Assembly: GCA_964658095.1 (NCBI GenBank)
Contig: CAZZXW010000011.1
Location: forward strand, 2,290 to 16,445
DNA: 14,156 nucleotides
Origin: an uncultured Parafilimonas sp.
GTDB taxonomy: Bacteria; Bacteroidota; Bacteroidia; Chitinophagales; Chitinophagaceae
Reading direction: 5' to 3'
Part shown: piece after piece, positions 1 through 9,043 of the stretch
Position numbering within the stretch: position 1 is the first letter of the stretch
How the letters are laid out: each line of letters starts with the position of its first letter
Program-made: the position numbers and the translations under genes
Notes under the pieces: generated by a model
Databases searched by the model: none
Told to the model about the DNA's origin: nothing
The model's input: the letters and a program-made list of their open reading frames with translations, nothing else

Positions 1-159
1 CCGTGAGAAAAAAACGGCCGCAGAAATAGTTTAGTGTCCCTTGAGTGATTATAGAAGTTGCAGGGATATGATGTTTATGTACTTGGATTATCTAACAGTA
101 TTCCATTCAATGCGTATATGTTTTGTTATGCATTTGCTGCAACTAACTTCAGTAACCTG

Positions 160-984
160 TTACTTCAACCCTTTTAAATAAGCAAGGCTTTGCGGAATTT
201 GTTCAACTGAAATTGAGGACTCATCTTCTATAAAATAATGTTTTATACCGAGCTTTTTTGCTTCCTTCATAATGGCTGCAATGTTTACATCGCCCTGTCC
301 TAACACCACATTGCTTTGTTCATCAGCATGGCCATCCTGGCTGTTGGGTGTGCCGGGTTTACGGTCTTTAAGATGCAGCAATGTAAAACGTGTTGGATAC
401 TTTTTAAGCAATGTAACAGGGTCTTGTCCCGGTTGTTTCACCCAGAAAACATCCATCTCAAAGTTCACATATTTGGGATCTGTATGCTGAACAAGGTAAT
501 CAAACAAAGTTCCGTTTTCATAAGGCCTGAACTCATAGCCGTGTGTGTGATAGCAGAAACTTAAACCATTTGCTTTTGCCAGTTTACCTGCTGTTGTAAA
601 AACCTCAATGGCTTTCTTCGCATCATCCATGGTAAATGTATCGCTATTATGTGAAATCCAGAAGCATACAATATACTTTGCACCAAATGCTTTTGCCTCG
701 TTAATGGCTGCCTGCGGATCAGTTGCGAGTGAATCATAATTAGCAGCAATACCTACCATGGTAAGCTGGTTTTGCGCAAGCAGTTTTTTGTATTCTTCCA
801 TTGGCAAGCCATAAGTGCCGCCGCCTTCAATTTCATGTATGTTCCAGCTTTTTATTTTAGCCAATGTGCCGGGCACATCTGTTTTAAATTGATTGCGCAA
901 ACTATATAATTCAAGGCCTATCTGCTGTGCATGTATTTGTTGTGATGCGATGAAAAACAGAGTGATGAATATCATTGATCTCAT
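160..984 (-). CDS. Exported sugar phosphate isomerase/epimerase (xylose isomerase-like TIM-barrel family)
   Basis: 274-aa ORF with an N-terminal Sec-type signal (MRSMIFITLFFIASQQIHA-QQ). The body has the layout of xylose-isomerase-like/AP-endonuclease-2 TIM barrels (LELYSLR near the N-terminus, FCYHTHGYEF, FEMDVFW, LLHLKD). Antisense ORFs at 272-490, 316-564 and 561-749 are shadows. Confidence 0.85.
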   Translation of the reverse strand: MRSMIFITLFFIASQQIHAQQIGLELYSLRNQFKTDVPGTLAKIKSWNIHEIEGGGTYGLPMEEYKKLLAQNQLTMVGIAANYDSLATDPQAAINEAKAFGAKYIVCFWISHNSDTFTMDDAKKAIEVFTTAGKLAKANGLSFCYHTHGYEFRPYENGTLFDYLVQHTDPKYVNFEMDVFWVKQPGQDPVTLLKKYPTRFTLLHLKDRKPGTPNSQDGHADEQSNVVLGQGDVNIAAIMKEAKKLGIKHYFIEDESSISVEQIPQSLAYLKGLK

Positions 985-1075
985 GTGGCTGATTGAGGCA
1001 TGAAGATAGCATTTCCTGCTACTGCCTGTTGCAAACTTAAAGCTCTTTATTTGAGGAAGGATAACGTTAATGTTA

Positions 1076-3094
1076 TTACCAGATATGCACCACTTTGTCG
1101 TTGGATAAATACAGACTATCGCCCGGCTGTATGTTAAATGCGGTATAGAAATGCGGATTGTTCATCAGCGGGCCATTTACACGCCACATGGGTGGTGAAT
1201 GCGGGTTGTTGTTTATCCACAGGCGCAGAAATTCATCTTTCATTTTTACGCGCCATATAAGCGCCACAGAAATAAAGAACCGCTGGTCAGGTGTAAAGCC
1301 ACCGATCTTTGTAGAATCGTGACCTTCTTTTGTCATTTTAAAAGCATCGTAAGCAATGGCAACACCGCCGTTATCGGCAGTATTTTCGCCTAATGTCATC
1401 GGGCCCTTTACATGCACAGTATCTAACACCGTAAAGGTGCTATACAGATCAGATAATGCCTGCGTTTTTGCTTTGAACTTGGTATAATCATCTTTCGTCC
1501 ACCAATTCTTTACATTGCCTTCTTTATCAAACTGTGCGCCCTGGTCGTCAAAAGCATGCGTCATTTCATGGCCGATCACCATACCAATACCACCATAATT
1601 GAGCGCATCATCGGCGTTATCATCAAAGTAAGGTGATTGCAATATCGCCGCAGGAAAAACAATTTCATTTGCTGAAGGATTATAATATGCAGTTACAGTT
1701 GATGGCGTGGTAAACCATTCCGTTTTGCCAACAGGCTTGTTGAGTTTTGCCAGTTCATACTGGTAATTATTTGAGGCAACCGATACAGTGTTCTCAAAAT
1801 ATTTATCCCTTGTAACAGATACGTCGCCATAGTCTCTCCATTTATCAGGATAGCCTACTTTTTTGGTGATGGCAAACAGTTTTTCTTTTGCTTTTTGTTT
1901 GGTGCTGTCGCTCATCCAATCCAGCTTATCTATTCTTGCAGCAAAAGCTTTCTGTAAATTAGTTACAAGATCAAGTGCACGCTTCTTTGCATCTTCTGTA
2001 AAATATTTTTTTACATACAGCTGGCCCAACGCCTGGCCCAATGACTGATCAACCGCACTTGCCATTATTTCACCACGGGTTTTTTGTATAGCCTGACCTG
2101 AAATTACTTTGTTTAATTCAAATTCCGCATCTACAAAAGGTTTGCTTAGTTCATTTGTATAATTACTGATAGAATAAGCTTTTAAATAATGCTTCCAATC
2201 ATTAATAGAAATAGATTTTAAAGCTGTATTCAATTTATCATAATAAGCAGGTTGTGATACATCAATGGAATCTGTTTTTGCACCAAGGCCATTTAATACA
2301 TTCTGCCAGCCAATATTAGGTTGACGCTTTGCGAGGTCAGCAACAGACATCTTGTTATAGTTCGCATTTACATCACGCAGTTCAATATTTGTTTTGTGTG
2401 ATGAAGCGAGTTGTTTATCTATGCCATACACCACCTCTGCATCTTTTGTTGCTGCTGCAGCATCAGTACCGGTAAGTTGAAATAAGGTAGCTATATATTT
2501 TTTGTATGCTTCCTGAATACCTGTGCTTGAAGGATCCGTTTTGAAGTAATAATCTCTTTCCGGCAAACCAATACCAGCCTGTGAAACGTGTGCAATATTT
2601 AGGCTGCTGTTTTTATTATCCGGCCCTATGCTAAAAGCTATAATAGAATTGTTGTACAACTTTGCCTGATCAGCAACAAGCTTTATGAAAGCAGCAATAT
2701 CGGTGATGCTATCAATACGTGCAAGCAATGGTTTTATAGGTTCATAACCACGCTGATTGATAGTAGTTGTATCCATACCCGAAGCATAAAAATCGCCGAG
2801 CTTTTGTTCAATGCTTCCTGCTTTGTTGTTAGCTTTTGAAACGCTATCCAGTATGCCCTGTAAACGTAAGCGTTGCGGATAATTCATAAACATATATGCA
2901 CCCACACCTGACTGTGAAGGTGGTATTTGCGCAGTATCATACCACTTCTTATTTACATACATAAAGAAATTATTACCGGGTTTGATGGAAGAATCTATGC
3001 CCGTTATATCAGTGTTGGTTTGGTTTAACTTGTTATTATTGTTGCAGGCTGCCAGTAGTAATAAGATAACAAAAAAGCATAACGATCTTTTCAT
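1076..3094 (-). CDS. M13 family zinc metallopeptidase (PepO / endothelin-converting-enzyme-like), lipoprotein
   Basis: Long ORF 1076-3118. It has the HExxH zinc motif (VIGHEMTHAFDD), the downstream GENTADNGG (ExxxD) motif, and the typical M13 C-terminus ending in W. I prefer the ATG at 3094 (MKRSLCFFVILLLLAAC) because it gives a canonical lipoprotein signal with lipobox LAAC. The track start at 3118 adds 8 residues and is possible. Confidence 0.9.
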   Translation of the reverse strand: MKRSLCFFVILLLLAACNNNNKLNQTNTDITGIDSSIKPGNNFFMYVNKKWYDTAQIPPSQSGVGAYMFMNYPQRLRLQGILDSVSKANNKAGSIEQKLGDFYASGMDTTTINQRGYEPIKPLLARIDSITDIAAFIKLVADQAKLYNNSIIAFSIGPDNKNSSLNIAHVSQAGIGLPERDYYFKTDPSSTGIQEAYKKYIATLFQLTGTDAAAATKDAEVVYGIDKQLASSHKTNIELRDVNANYNKMSVADLAKRQPNIGWQNVLNGLGAKTDSIDVSQPAYYDKLNTALKSISINDWKHYLKAYSISNYTNELSKPFVDAEFELNKVISGQAIQKTRGEIMASAVDQSLGQALGQLYVKKYFTEDAKKRALDLVTNLQKAFAARIDKLDWMSDSTKQKAKEKLFAITKKVGYPDKWRDYGDVSVTRDKYFENTVSVASNNYQYELAKLNKPVGKTEWFTTPSTVTAYYNPSANEIVFPAAILQSPYFDDNADDALNYGGIGMVIGHEMTHAFDDQGAQFDKEGNVKNWWTKDDYTKFKAKTQALSDLYSTFTVLDTVHVKGPMTLGENTADNGGVAIAYDAFKMTKEGHDSTKIGGFTPDQRFFISVALIWRVKMKDEFLRLWINNNPHSPPMWRVNGPLMNNPHFYTAFNIQPGDSLYLSNDKVVHIW

Positions 3095-3309
3095 AAACAG
3101 GTGTTTTACGTAAATCATTTTGTGCTGCCGAAGTTAATAGTTCTGCCTGTTTTTAATTGAATTGTTTGATGACTGGAGAAAACAAATCATTTAGCATTAT
3201 TTCACCTTGGTTGTGTTTTTCACTGACGAATAGATCAACCAATTAAAATGCTATAAATAAGCGAAGTTTGCAACTTCGTCAAGCTAAATCACGACTTCTA
3301 TTATTCTTT

Positions 3310-3849
3310 ATGTACAACAACAAAAATCTTTTGCTTAACGTGTTTTGCTTTCTCGCAACACTATTATTTGCATGTAAGGCAAATGCACAGAGAATTGTTT
3401 ATCACGATAAAGATCCGTTCAGCCATATTGAAACCACCACAACAGATTACAATGATTTAACCGGGAACAGATTAGCGTTTACAGCATTCTATGAAACAGA
3501 TAATAAAACTATTGATACGCTTTACTTAACCTTTAGTGTGCCTGCAGCCAGCGATGCGAAGAGCGTTGCAGATACATCAAAAGGGTATTGTGAGCTGTTA
3601 CTTAAAGACAAAGAGGTTTGTTCGGGATTATATGCAAGACAATTAAGTTATACTTCAGGAGGCATTCAAAGACATGCGATCACTTATTATTTCAGCAAAG
3701 CATGGTACAATAAATTGCTCACGCAAAATGTAACTGCAGTTAAACTTGCGTTGCGGGGCAGAAGTTTAGGTTCGTTTCAAATAGATGTAAATAAACAAGG
3801 TAAAATTGCAGACGCGCTTAAACTGGTTTTAACCAACACAAACAATTAA
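3310..3849 (+). CDS. Hypothetical exported protein / possible lipoprotein, no recognisable domain
   Basis: The track ORF begins at a TTG (3268). The ATG at 3310 gives MYNNKNLLLNVFCFLATLLFACKANAQ, a signal peptide with both a lipobox-like LFAC and an ANA-Q SPase I site. I recognise no family motif in the mature part of about 155 aa. It is divergent from the M13 peptidase gene. Confidence 0.6.
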   Translation: MYNNKNLLLNVFCFLATLLFACKANAQRIVYHDKDPFSHIETTTTDYNDLTGNRLAFTAFYETDNKTIDTLYLTFSVPAASDAKSVADTSKGYCELLLKDKEVCSGLYARQLSYTSGGIQRHAITYYFSKAWYNKLLTQNVTAVKLALRGRSLGSFQIDVNKQGKIADALKLVLTNTNN

Positions 3850-3984
3850 ATTACAATATTTAATTCCTGATCTACCGAATACCCTTATACACATTACTGC
3901 ATTGCTTTCCATTATTACCGGTTGCAGCATCAAATAAAAATTAGGTAGAATACTTGCTCTACTTTTAACCTGTAAATTATTGCA

Positions 3985-4878
3985 ATGGATACAATCAATA
4001 AACTTGGAAGTATAGCACAATTTAACACCATGAGAGGTCAGCAAACACTGCATCCACTGGTAACGGTGTTGGATAATTCAAAATCAAAGCTTGTATATTC
4101 ACAGCGGTTTATGTGTGAGCTGTACATTGTTTTTTTAAAAGAAGTAAGATGCGGCGAACTATTATATGGCAGGAATCACTATGATTATGAAGAAGGAACA
4201 TTGGCATTTATAGCGCCGGGACAAGTATATGGCGTTGATGATGTGCAACCTGTTCAACCCAGGGGCTGGACGCTGGCATTTCACCCGGATTTGATTCACG
4301 GCACTGCCTTGGGCAGGCACATTAAAGACTATAAATTTTTCTCGTATGATGTAAATGAAGCATTGCATGTTTCTGAACGGGAACGGCAAACAGTGATTGA
4401 ATGCTTTCAAAAAATTCTGTATGAACTGGAGCAGGCAATTGATAAACACAGCAAAACTTTAATCACGAGTAACATTGAGTTGTTTTTGAATTACTGTGTG
4501 CGTTTTTATGACCGGCAGTTTATAACACGTGACAATATTCATAAAGATGTACTGGTAAAGTTTGAGCAGTTGCTGAATGGTTATCTTCAATCAGATAAGC
4601 CGAGAACACTGGGCTTACCTTCGGTTGCATATTGTGCAGCGGAATTAAATTTATCAGCCAATTATTTTGGTGACCTGATAAAAAAAGAAACCGGAAAATC
4701 TGCGCAGGAATACATCCGGTTAAAGCTTATAGATGTTGCTAAAGAAAAAATTTTTGATACCGGCAAATCCATCAGTGAAATAGCGTACGAAATGGGCTTT
4801 AAATATCCTGCGCATTTTACGCGGTTGTTTAAACAGCAGGTTGGGCAAGCACCCAATGTATACAGATCATTAAATTAA
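3985..4878 (+). CDS. AraC family transcriptional regulator
   Basis: 297-aa ORF. The C-terminal 100 aa form the dual HTH AraC/XylS signature (AAELNLSANYFGDLIKKETGKSAQEYIRLKLIDVAKEKIF ... ISEIAYEMGFKYPAHFTRLFKQQVGQAPNVYR). The N-terminal half is an AraC-type ligand-binding-like domain. The gene sits 10 nt upstream of the cupin gene. Confidence 0.9.
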   Translation: MDTINKLGSIAQFNTMRGQQTLHPLVTVLDNSKSKLVYSQRFMCELYIVFLKEVRCGELLYGRNHYDYEEGTLAFIAPGQVYGVDDVQPVQPRGWTLAFHPDLIHGTALGRHIKDYKFFSYDVNEALHVSERERQTVIECFQKILYELEQAIDKHSKTLITSNIELFLNYCVRFYDRQFITRDNIHKDVLVKFEQLLNGYLQSDKPRTLGLPSVAYCAAELNLSANYFGDLIKKETGKSAQEYIRLKLIDVAKEKIFDTGKSISEIAYEMGFKYPAHFTRLFKQQVGQAPNVYRSLN

Positions 4879-4888
4879 AACAGATACT

Positions 4889-5299
4889 ATGAGTTTAACA
4901 GAAAATAAAGATGCCATTTTTCCAAAAGGAGATAAAGCACCGGCTTCTTACTTTACTGGTAATGCCTATGTAAAAATTCTGATAGCAAAGCCTGCTTTAA
5001 ATACAAGCGTAGGCAATGTAGTTTTTGAACCCGGTTGCCGTAACAACTGGCATAGCCATAAAGGCGGACAGATTCTTATCTGCATTAATGGCGAAGGCTA
5101 TTTCCAGGAAAAAGGCAAGCCAATACAGTTACTGCATAAAGGTGATGTAATTGAAATTTTGCCCGGCGTTGTTCACTGGCATGGCGCAACTCCTGATAGC
5201 GAGTTTACGCATATTGCTGTTGGTCCGGAGGCAGATAAAGGTGCACCAGACTGGATGGAGCCGGTAACAGATGAAGAATACAATAGTTATAAAAGATAA
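4889..5299 (+). CDS. Cupin domain protein
   Basis: 136-aa ORF with two cupin motifs, NWHSHKGGQILICINGEG (HxH ... G) and GDVIEILPGVVHWHGA (PxG..H). Size and order match the small cupins commonly encoded beside CMD-family genes. Confidence 0.8.
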   Translation: MSLTENKDAIFPKGDKAPASYFTGNAYVKILIAKPALNTSVGNVVFEPGCRNNWHSHKGGQILICINGEGYFQEKGKPIQLLHKGDVIEILPGVVHWHGATPDSEFTHIAVGPEADKGAPDWMEPVTDEEYNSYKR

Positions 5300-5325
5300 A
5301 TGGTCTTACCAATCTTACAAGTTAA

Positions 5326-5979
5326 ATGAAAGCAGAGAATACAAGTGAAGCATTAGATACAAAGCAGCAAAGCATGGTAGTTATTTCTGCGCTTACTGCT
5401 ACCGGTGATATTAATAATCTCAAAGCTGCATTGAATGTTGGGTTAGATGCCGGACTCACCATTAATGAGATCAAAGAAGCATTGGTGCAGTTATATGCGT
5501 ATTGCGGTTTTCCACGCAGCTTAAATGCTATTACATCATTTATGGCTGTTATTAATGAAAGAAAAGCGAAAGGGATAAAAGATACAGAAGGCAAAGAAGC
5601 ATCTCCAATTATTCCGTCAGACAAGTATGCAACCGGTAAAATGACACTGCAAAAGTTAACTGGCAGAGAAGAAAAAGCATCTGCAGGAGCCAATGCATTT
5701 GCACCGGCAATTGATACCTTTTTAAAAGAACATTTGTTTGCTGATATATTCAGCCGTGATGTGCTTAACTACTATCAACAGGAGCTTGCAACTATTTCTG
5801 CATTGATGAGTATGACTGGCGTTGAAGCACAGTTACAGGCGCATATATCAATGGGAATAAATGTTAGCCTTACAGAACTGCAGTTACAACAGATTATATC
5901 AATCATTGAAAAAACTATAAATGCACAACAAGCTATTACAGCGAAAAAAGTATTGGCAAAAGTGGTTGCATCTAAGTAA
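5326..5979 (+). CDS. Carboxymuconolactone decarboxylase (CMD/AhpD-like fold) family protein, tandem two-repeat form
   Basis: 217-aa ORF. The first repeat carries the CMD-type helix pattern (INEIKEALVQLYAYCGFPRSLNA). A second, degenerate repeat spans about residues 130-200 (QQELATISALMSMTGVEAQLQAHISMGINVSLTELQLQQII). There is only one Cys and no CxxC, so it is not an AhpD-type peroxidase. Confidence 0.75.
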   Translation: MKAENTSEALDTKQQSMVVISALTATGDINNLKAALNVGLDAGLTINEIKEALVQLYAYCGFPRSLNAITSFMAVINERKAKGIKDTEGKEASPIIPSDKYATGKMTLQKLTGREEKASAGANAFAPAIDTFLKEHLFADIFSRDVLNYYQQELATISALMSMTGVEAQLQAHISMGINVSLTELQLQQIISIIEKTINAQQAITAKKVLAKVVASK

Positions 5980-6003
5980 TTAATTGGGTTAAAAGAATAA
6001 ATT

Positions 6004-6390
6004 ATGAAGAACAGTTTAATGTTGGTTTTTGCTGAAGCAATAGCACTAATGTTCTGTAATCAAACTTCTGCACAGCAAAACAAACAAATGGTGCGGCTGG
6101 CAAAACTTGTAATTGATTCATCGCAATTAGATAATTATAAAACAGCTTTGAAAGACGAAATAGAAACATCAGTACGCACAGAAGCAGGTGTTCTTACTTT
6201 ATACGCGGTTGCAGAAAAAGAACATCCAACGCACATTACCATTTTAGAAATTTATGCTGATACAATCGCGTACAAAGCGCATTTACAAACACCACATTTT
6301 ATAAAATATAAAACAGGAACAAAAGATATGGTTAAATCGCTTGAGCTTGTTGCGGCTGATCCGCTCATACAAAATATGAAAATAAAATAA
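6004..6390 (+). CDS. ABM-domain (antibiotic biosynthesis monooxygenase / quinol monooxygenase YgiN-like) protein with predicted signal peptide
   Basis: 128-aa ORF. The core VRLAKLVIDSSQLDNYKTALKDEIETSVRTEAGVLTLYAVAEKEHPTHITILEIYADTIAYKAHLQTPHFIKYK is a typical dimeric alpha/beta-barrel ABM domain. The N-terminus MKNSLMLVFAEAIALMFCNQTSA-QQ looks like a Sec signal. An internal ATG at 6088 (MVRLAK...) would give a cytoplasmic 100-aa form. Confidence 0.8.
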   Translation: MKNSLMLVFAEAIALMFCNQTSAQQNKQMVRLAKLVIDSSQLDNYKTALKDEIETSVRTEAGVLTLYAVAEKEHPTHITILEIYADTIAYKAHLQTPHFIKYKTGTKDMVKSLELVAADPLIQNMKIK

Positions 6391-6421
6391 TCAGAGATTT
6401 GATTATAAAAGAACCCCCTTA

Positions 6422-7426
<1,005 letters not shown>

Positions 7427-7434
7427 ATATATAC

Positions 7435-7498
7435 TACAGGTTGCATGATGCTGATGCTGATGGTTTAAGTTCATAAGCATTTTAATATGCAACCTGTA
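7435..7498. terminator. Long-stem hairpin between convergent genes (candidate bidirectional terminator)
   Basis: TACAGGTTGCAT (7435-7446) is perfectly complementary to ATGCAACCTGTA (7487-7498). On the plus strand AAACTTTTTATAT follows. It lies between the AKR stop (7426) and the Gfo/Idh/MocA stop (7529). The 40-nt loop contains GATGCT GATGCT GATGG. Confidence 0.55.
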
Positions 7499-7528
7499 AA
7501 CTTTTTATATAAAATGTAGCTGTAAAAA

Positions 7529-8722
7529 TTACTCTATAATCTTTTCTTCAATCCTGCCTGTTTGCTTGTTTTTAAGGATCACTTTTTTAGCACCATAATG
7601 GGTAACTTCTTCTTTCACTAAATAATTATCTGCGTCGTATTCAGTTAAGTTGCTTGTTTTTGATAAGCCTTCCTGTCCACGCCAAACTTCAAGCTCTATT
7701 GGTTCCCAAAGTTTTGTTTTGGCTGATTTATATGCGGCATCAATTATAGCGTTTACTACATAACCATCATAAAAAGTCTCTCTTGGTTCTTTTCCTTCTT
7801 CCATGCATGTAAACATTTCTGTAAACATGTGATTATAACCAAGATCATTTACTTCATCCCCAACGGGAAATAACCAGCCTGTATTACTTTCCGCTTTTTC
7901 AGCTACATAGTCTGCGCCTTTACCTGTTGTAAACATTTCTATTCCGGTGCGTAAAAAATTATTAATCCAGATAGTACCTTCTGTGCCCATCACTTCATCA
8001 CGCAAATCCATACCACCGCGAAACGTCCAGCTTACCTCAAACTGTGCAATGGCGCCGGTTTCATATTTAATCAATCCAATGGCATGGTCTTCTGCATCAA
8101 TGGGTTTAACCTGCGTATCTGCCCAGCACATTACTTCAACTGGCTTAATATCTTTTCCAATAAATGACCTGGTAATTTCAATGCAATGGCAACCCAGGTC
8201 TAAAATGCAACCGCCACCGGCAAGCTCAATGTTCCAAAACCAATCGCTGTGCGGGCCAGGGTGCGTTTCCCTTGATTTTGCCCAAAGAATTCTACCCAAC
8301 GCTCCGTTCTTTACACTATCATAAGCTTTTAAAAATTTGGGTGCATAAACAAGATCTTCAAGGTAACCATTAAAAATACCGGCTTCTTCTACTGCTTTCA
8401 GCATGCGCAAAGCTTCAGCCCCGTTGCGCCCTAAAGGCTTTGTTGTAACAACCGGTTTCTTATGCTTGCAGCAAAGCATCACGGCATCTTCATGCACATT
8501 ATTAGGCAAGGCAATACAAACCACATCAACATCAGGGTGTGCAATGGCTTCCTCCATATTTGATGTATAATGCCCGCAACTATAATCAGCTGCAAATTTT
8601 TTGGCATTCACTTCTTTGCGTGCATAAATGCTTACAATTTTATCTTTACTTCTCTGGCCCTGGATTGAATCTGCATAGAAACGCCCAATAAAACCGGAAC
8701 CCAGCATAGCAATACGGCTCAT
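7529..8722 (-). CDS. Gfo/Idh/MocA family NAD(P)-dependent oxidoreductase
   Basis: 397-aa ORF with an N-terminal Rossmann motif (IAMLGSGFIGRFYA), the typical ...VVCIALPNNVHED... segment and a C-terminal alpha/beta domain. No signal peptide is present. The antisense ORF 7947-8324 is a shadow. Confidence 0.88.
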   Translation of the reverse strand: MSRIAMLGSGFIGRFYADSIQGQRSKDKIVSIYARKEVNAKKFAADYSCGHYTSNMEEAIAHPDVDVVCIALPNNVHEDAVMLCCKHKKPVVTTKPLGRNGAEALRMLKAVEEAGIFNGYLEDLVYAPKFLKAYDSVKNGALGRILWAKSRETHPGPHSDWFWNIELAGGGCILDLGCHCIEITRSFIGKDIKPVEVMCWADTQVKPIDAEDHAIGLIKYETGAIAQFEVSWTFRGGMDLRDEVMGTEGTIWINNFLRTGIEMFTTGKGADYVAEKAESNTGWLFPVGDEVNDLGYNHMFTEMFTCMEEGKEPRETFYDGYVVNAIIDAAYKSAKTKLWEPIELEVWRGQEGLSKTSNLTEYDADNYLVKEEVTHYGAKKVILKNKQTGRIEEKIIE

Positions 8723-8780
8723 AAATTTTTATTTTTAAATGATGTAGAAAGGCAATTTATCTGATAATGTTTATATACTT

Positions 8781-8788
8781 CAAAAATA
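8781..8788 (-). promoter_or_regulatory. Possible Bacteroidota -7 box (TATTTTTG on minus strand) for the oxidoreductase gene
   Basis: Plus-strand CAAAAATA is TATTTTTG on the minus strand, matching TAnnTTTG. It lies about 59 nt upstream of the ATG at 8722. No well-spaced -33 TTTG was found, so support is weak. Confidence 0.3.
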
Positions 8789-8855
8789 TGTTTATAAGCT
8801 ACAAATAATCTGCTTGTAAAAGTATAAAACGCGTGTAAAAAACAAGGTAAAAAAA

Positions 8856-8888
8856 TTTGGAAACGGCTTTCAGCCAACCGTATATTTA
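8856..8888 (+). promoter_or_regulatory. Candidate Bacteroidota sigma-A promoter (TTTG-N21-TATATTTA)
   Basis: TTTG at 8856-8859, a 21-nt spacer, then TATATTTA at 8881-8888 (7/8 match to TAnnTTTG). It faces the plus strand in a gap where both flanking genes are on the minus strand. Confidence 0.4.
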
Positions 8889-8907
8889 CATAGTAAGATT
8901 GAATTTA

Positions 8908-8961
8908 ATGCTGCTGATTGTAATGACCAGCATCTTGGTGGTGGTTGCAGCAAGACAGTAG
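8908..8961 (+). CDS. Candidate 17-aa hydrophobic small ORF (MLLIVMTSILVVVAARQ)
   Basis: ATG at 8908 and TAG at 8959-8961, starting about 12-15 nt after the predicted transcription start. 13 of 17 residues are L/I/V/M/A. Such a short ORF is compatible with chance in AT-rich DNA, so it counts only in context. Confidence 0.2.
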   Translation: MLLIVMTSILVVVAARQ

Positions 8962-9043
8962 CAAAAGGTAAAAATCTTCAATGATCAGAGACGCAAGTCT
9001 TAAGATCAAAATAGATGGAAGGGTTTCGGCCCGGAAGTTTATT

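Noticed and set aside
1-25. CCGT-GAGAAAAAAA-CGG and the CGGCCG palindrome at the left edge, considered as a terminator for the isomerase gene.
   Set aside because: The stem is only 3-4 bp, and CGGCCG cannot fold on itself. The element is also cut by the window edge, so there is not enough evidence.
3844-3865. Palindrome AATTAAAT-TACAAT-ATTTAATT overlapping the stop codon of the hypothetical gene, considered as a possible terminator.
   Set aside because: The stem is entirely A-T pairs and no T-tract follows (CCTGATC), so it is too weak to call a terminator.
5322-5693. 123-aa ORF antisense to the CMD gene. The same applies to the other antisense or overlapping track ORFs: 272-490, 316-564, 561-749, 1199-1393, 1863-2048, 3829-4053, 4162-4449, 4662-4856, 6419-6625, 6731-7093, 7947-8324, 10494-10700, 12576-12833, 13345-13608 and 13509-13721.
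   Set aside because: Each lies wholly or largely inside a longer ORF on the other strand or in another frame that has clear family motifs. Their translations are low-complexity, Cys/Ser/Phe-rich shadow sequences with no recognisable domains.
8816-8852. Three GTAAAA(A) A-tract repeats (8816, 8835, 8847) upstream of the candidate plus-strand promoter.
   Set aside because: The spacing is irregular (19 and 12 nt) in an AT-rich spacer. It could be UP-element-like but cannot be told apart from compositional bias.
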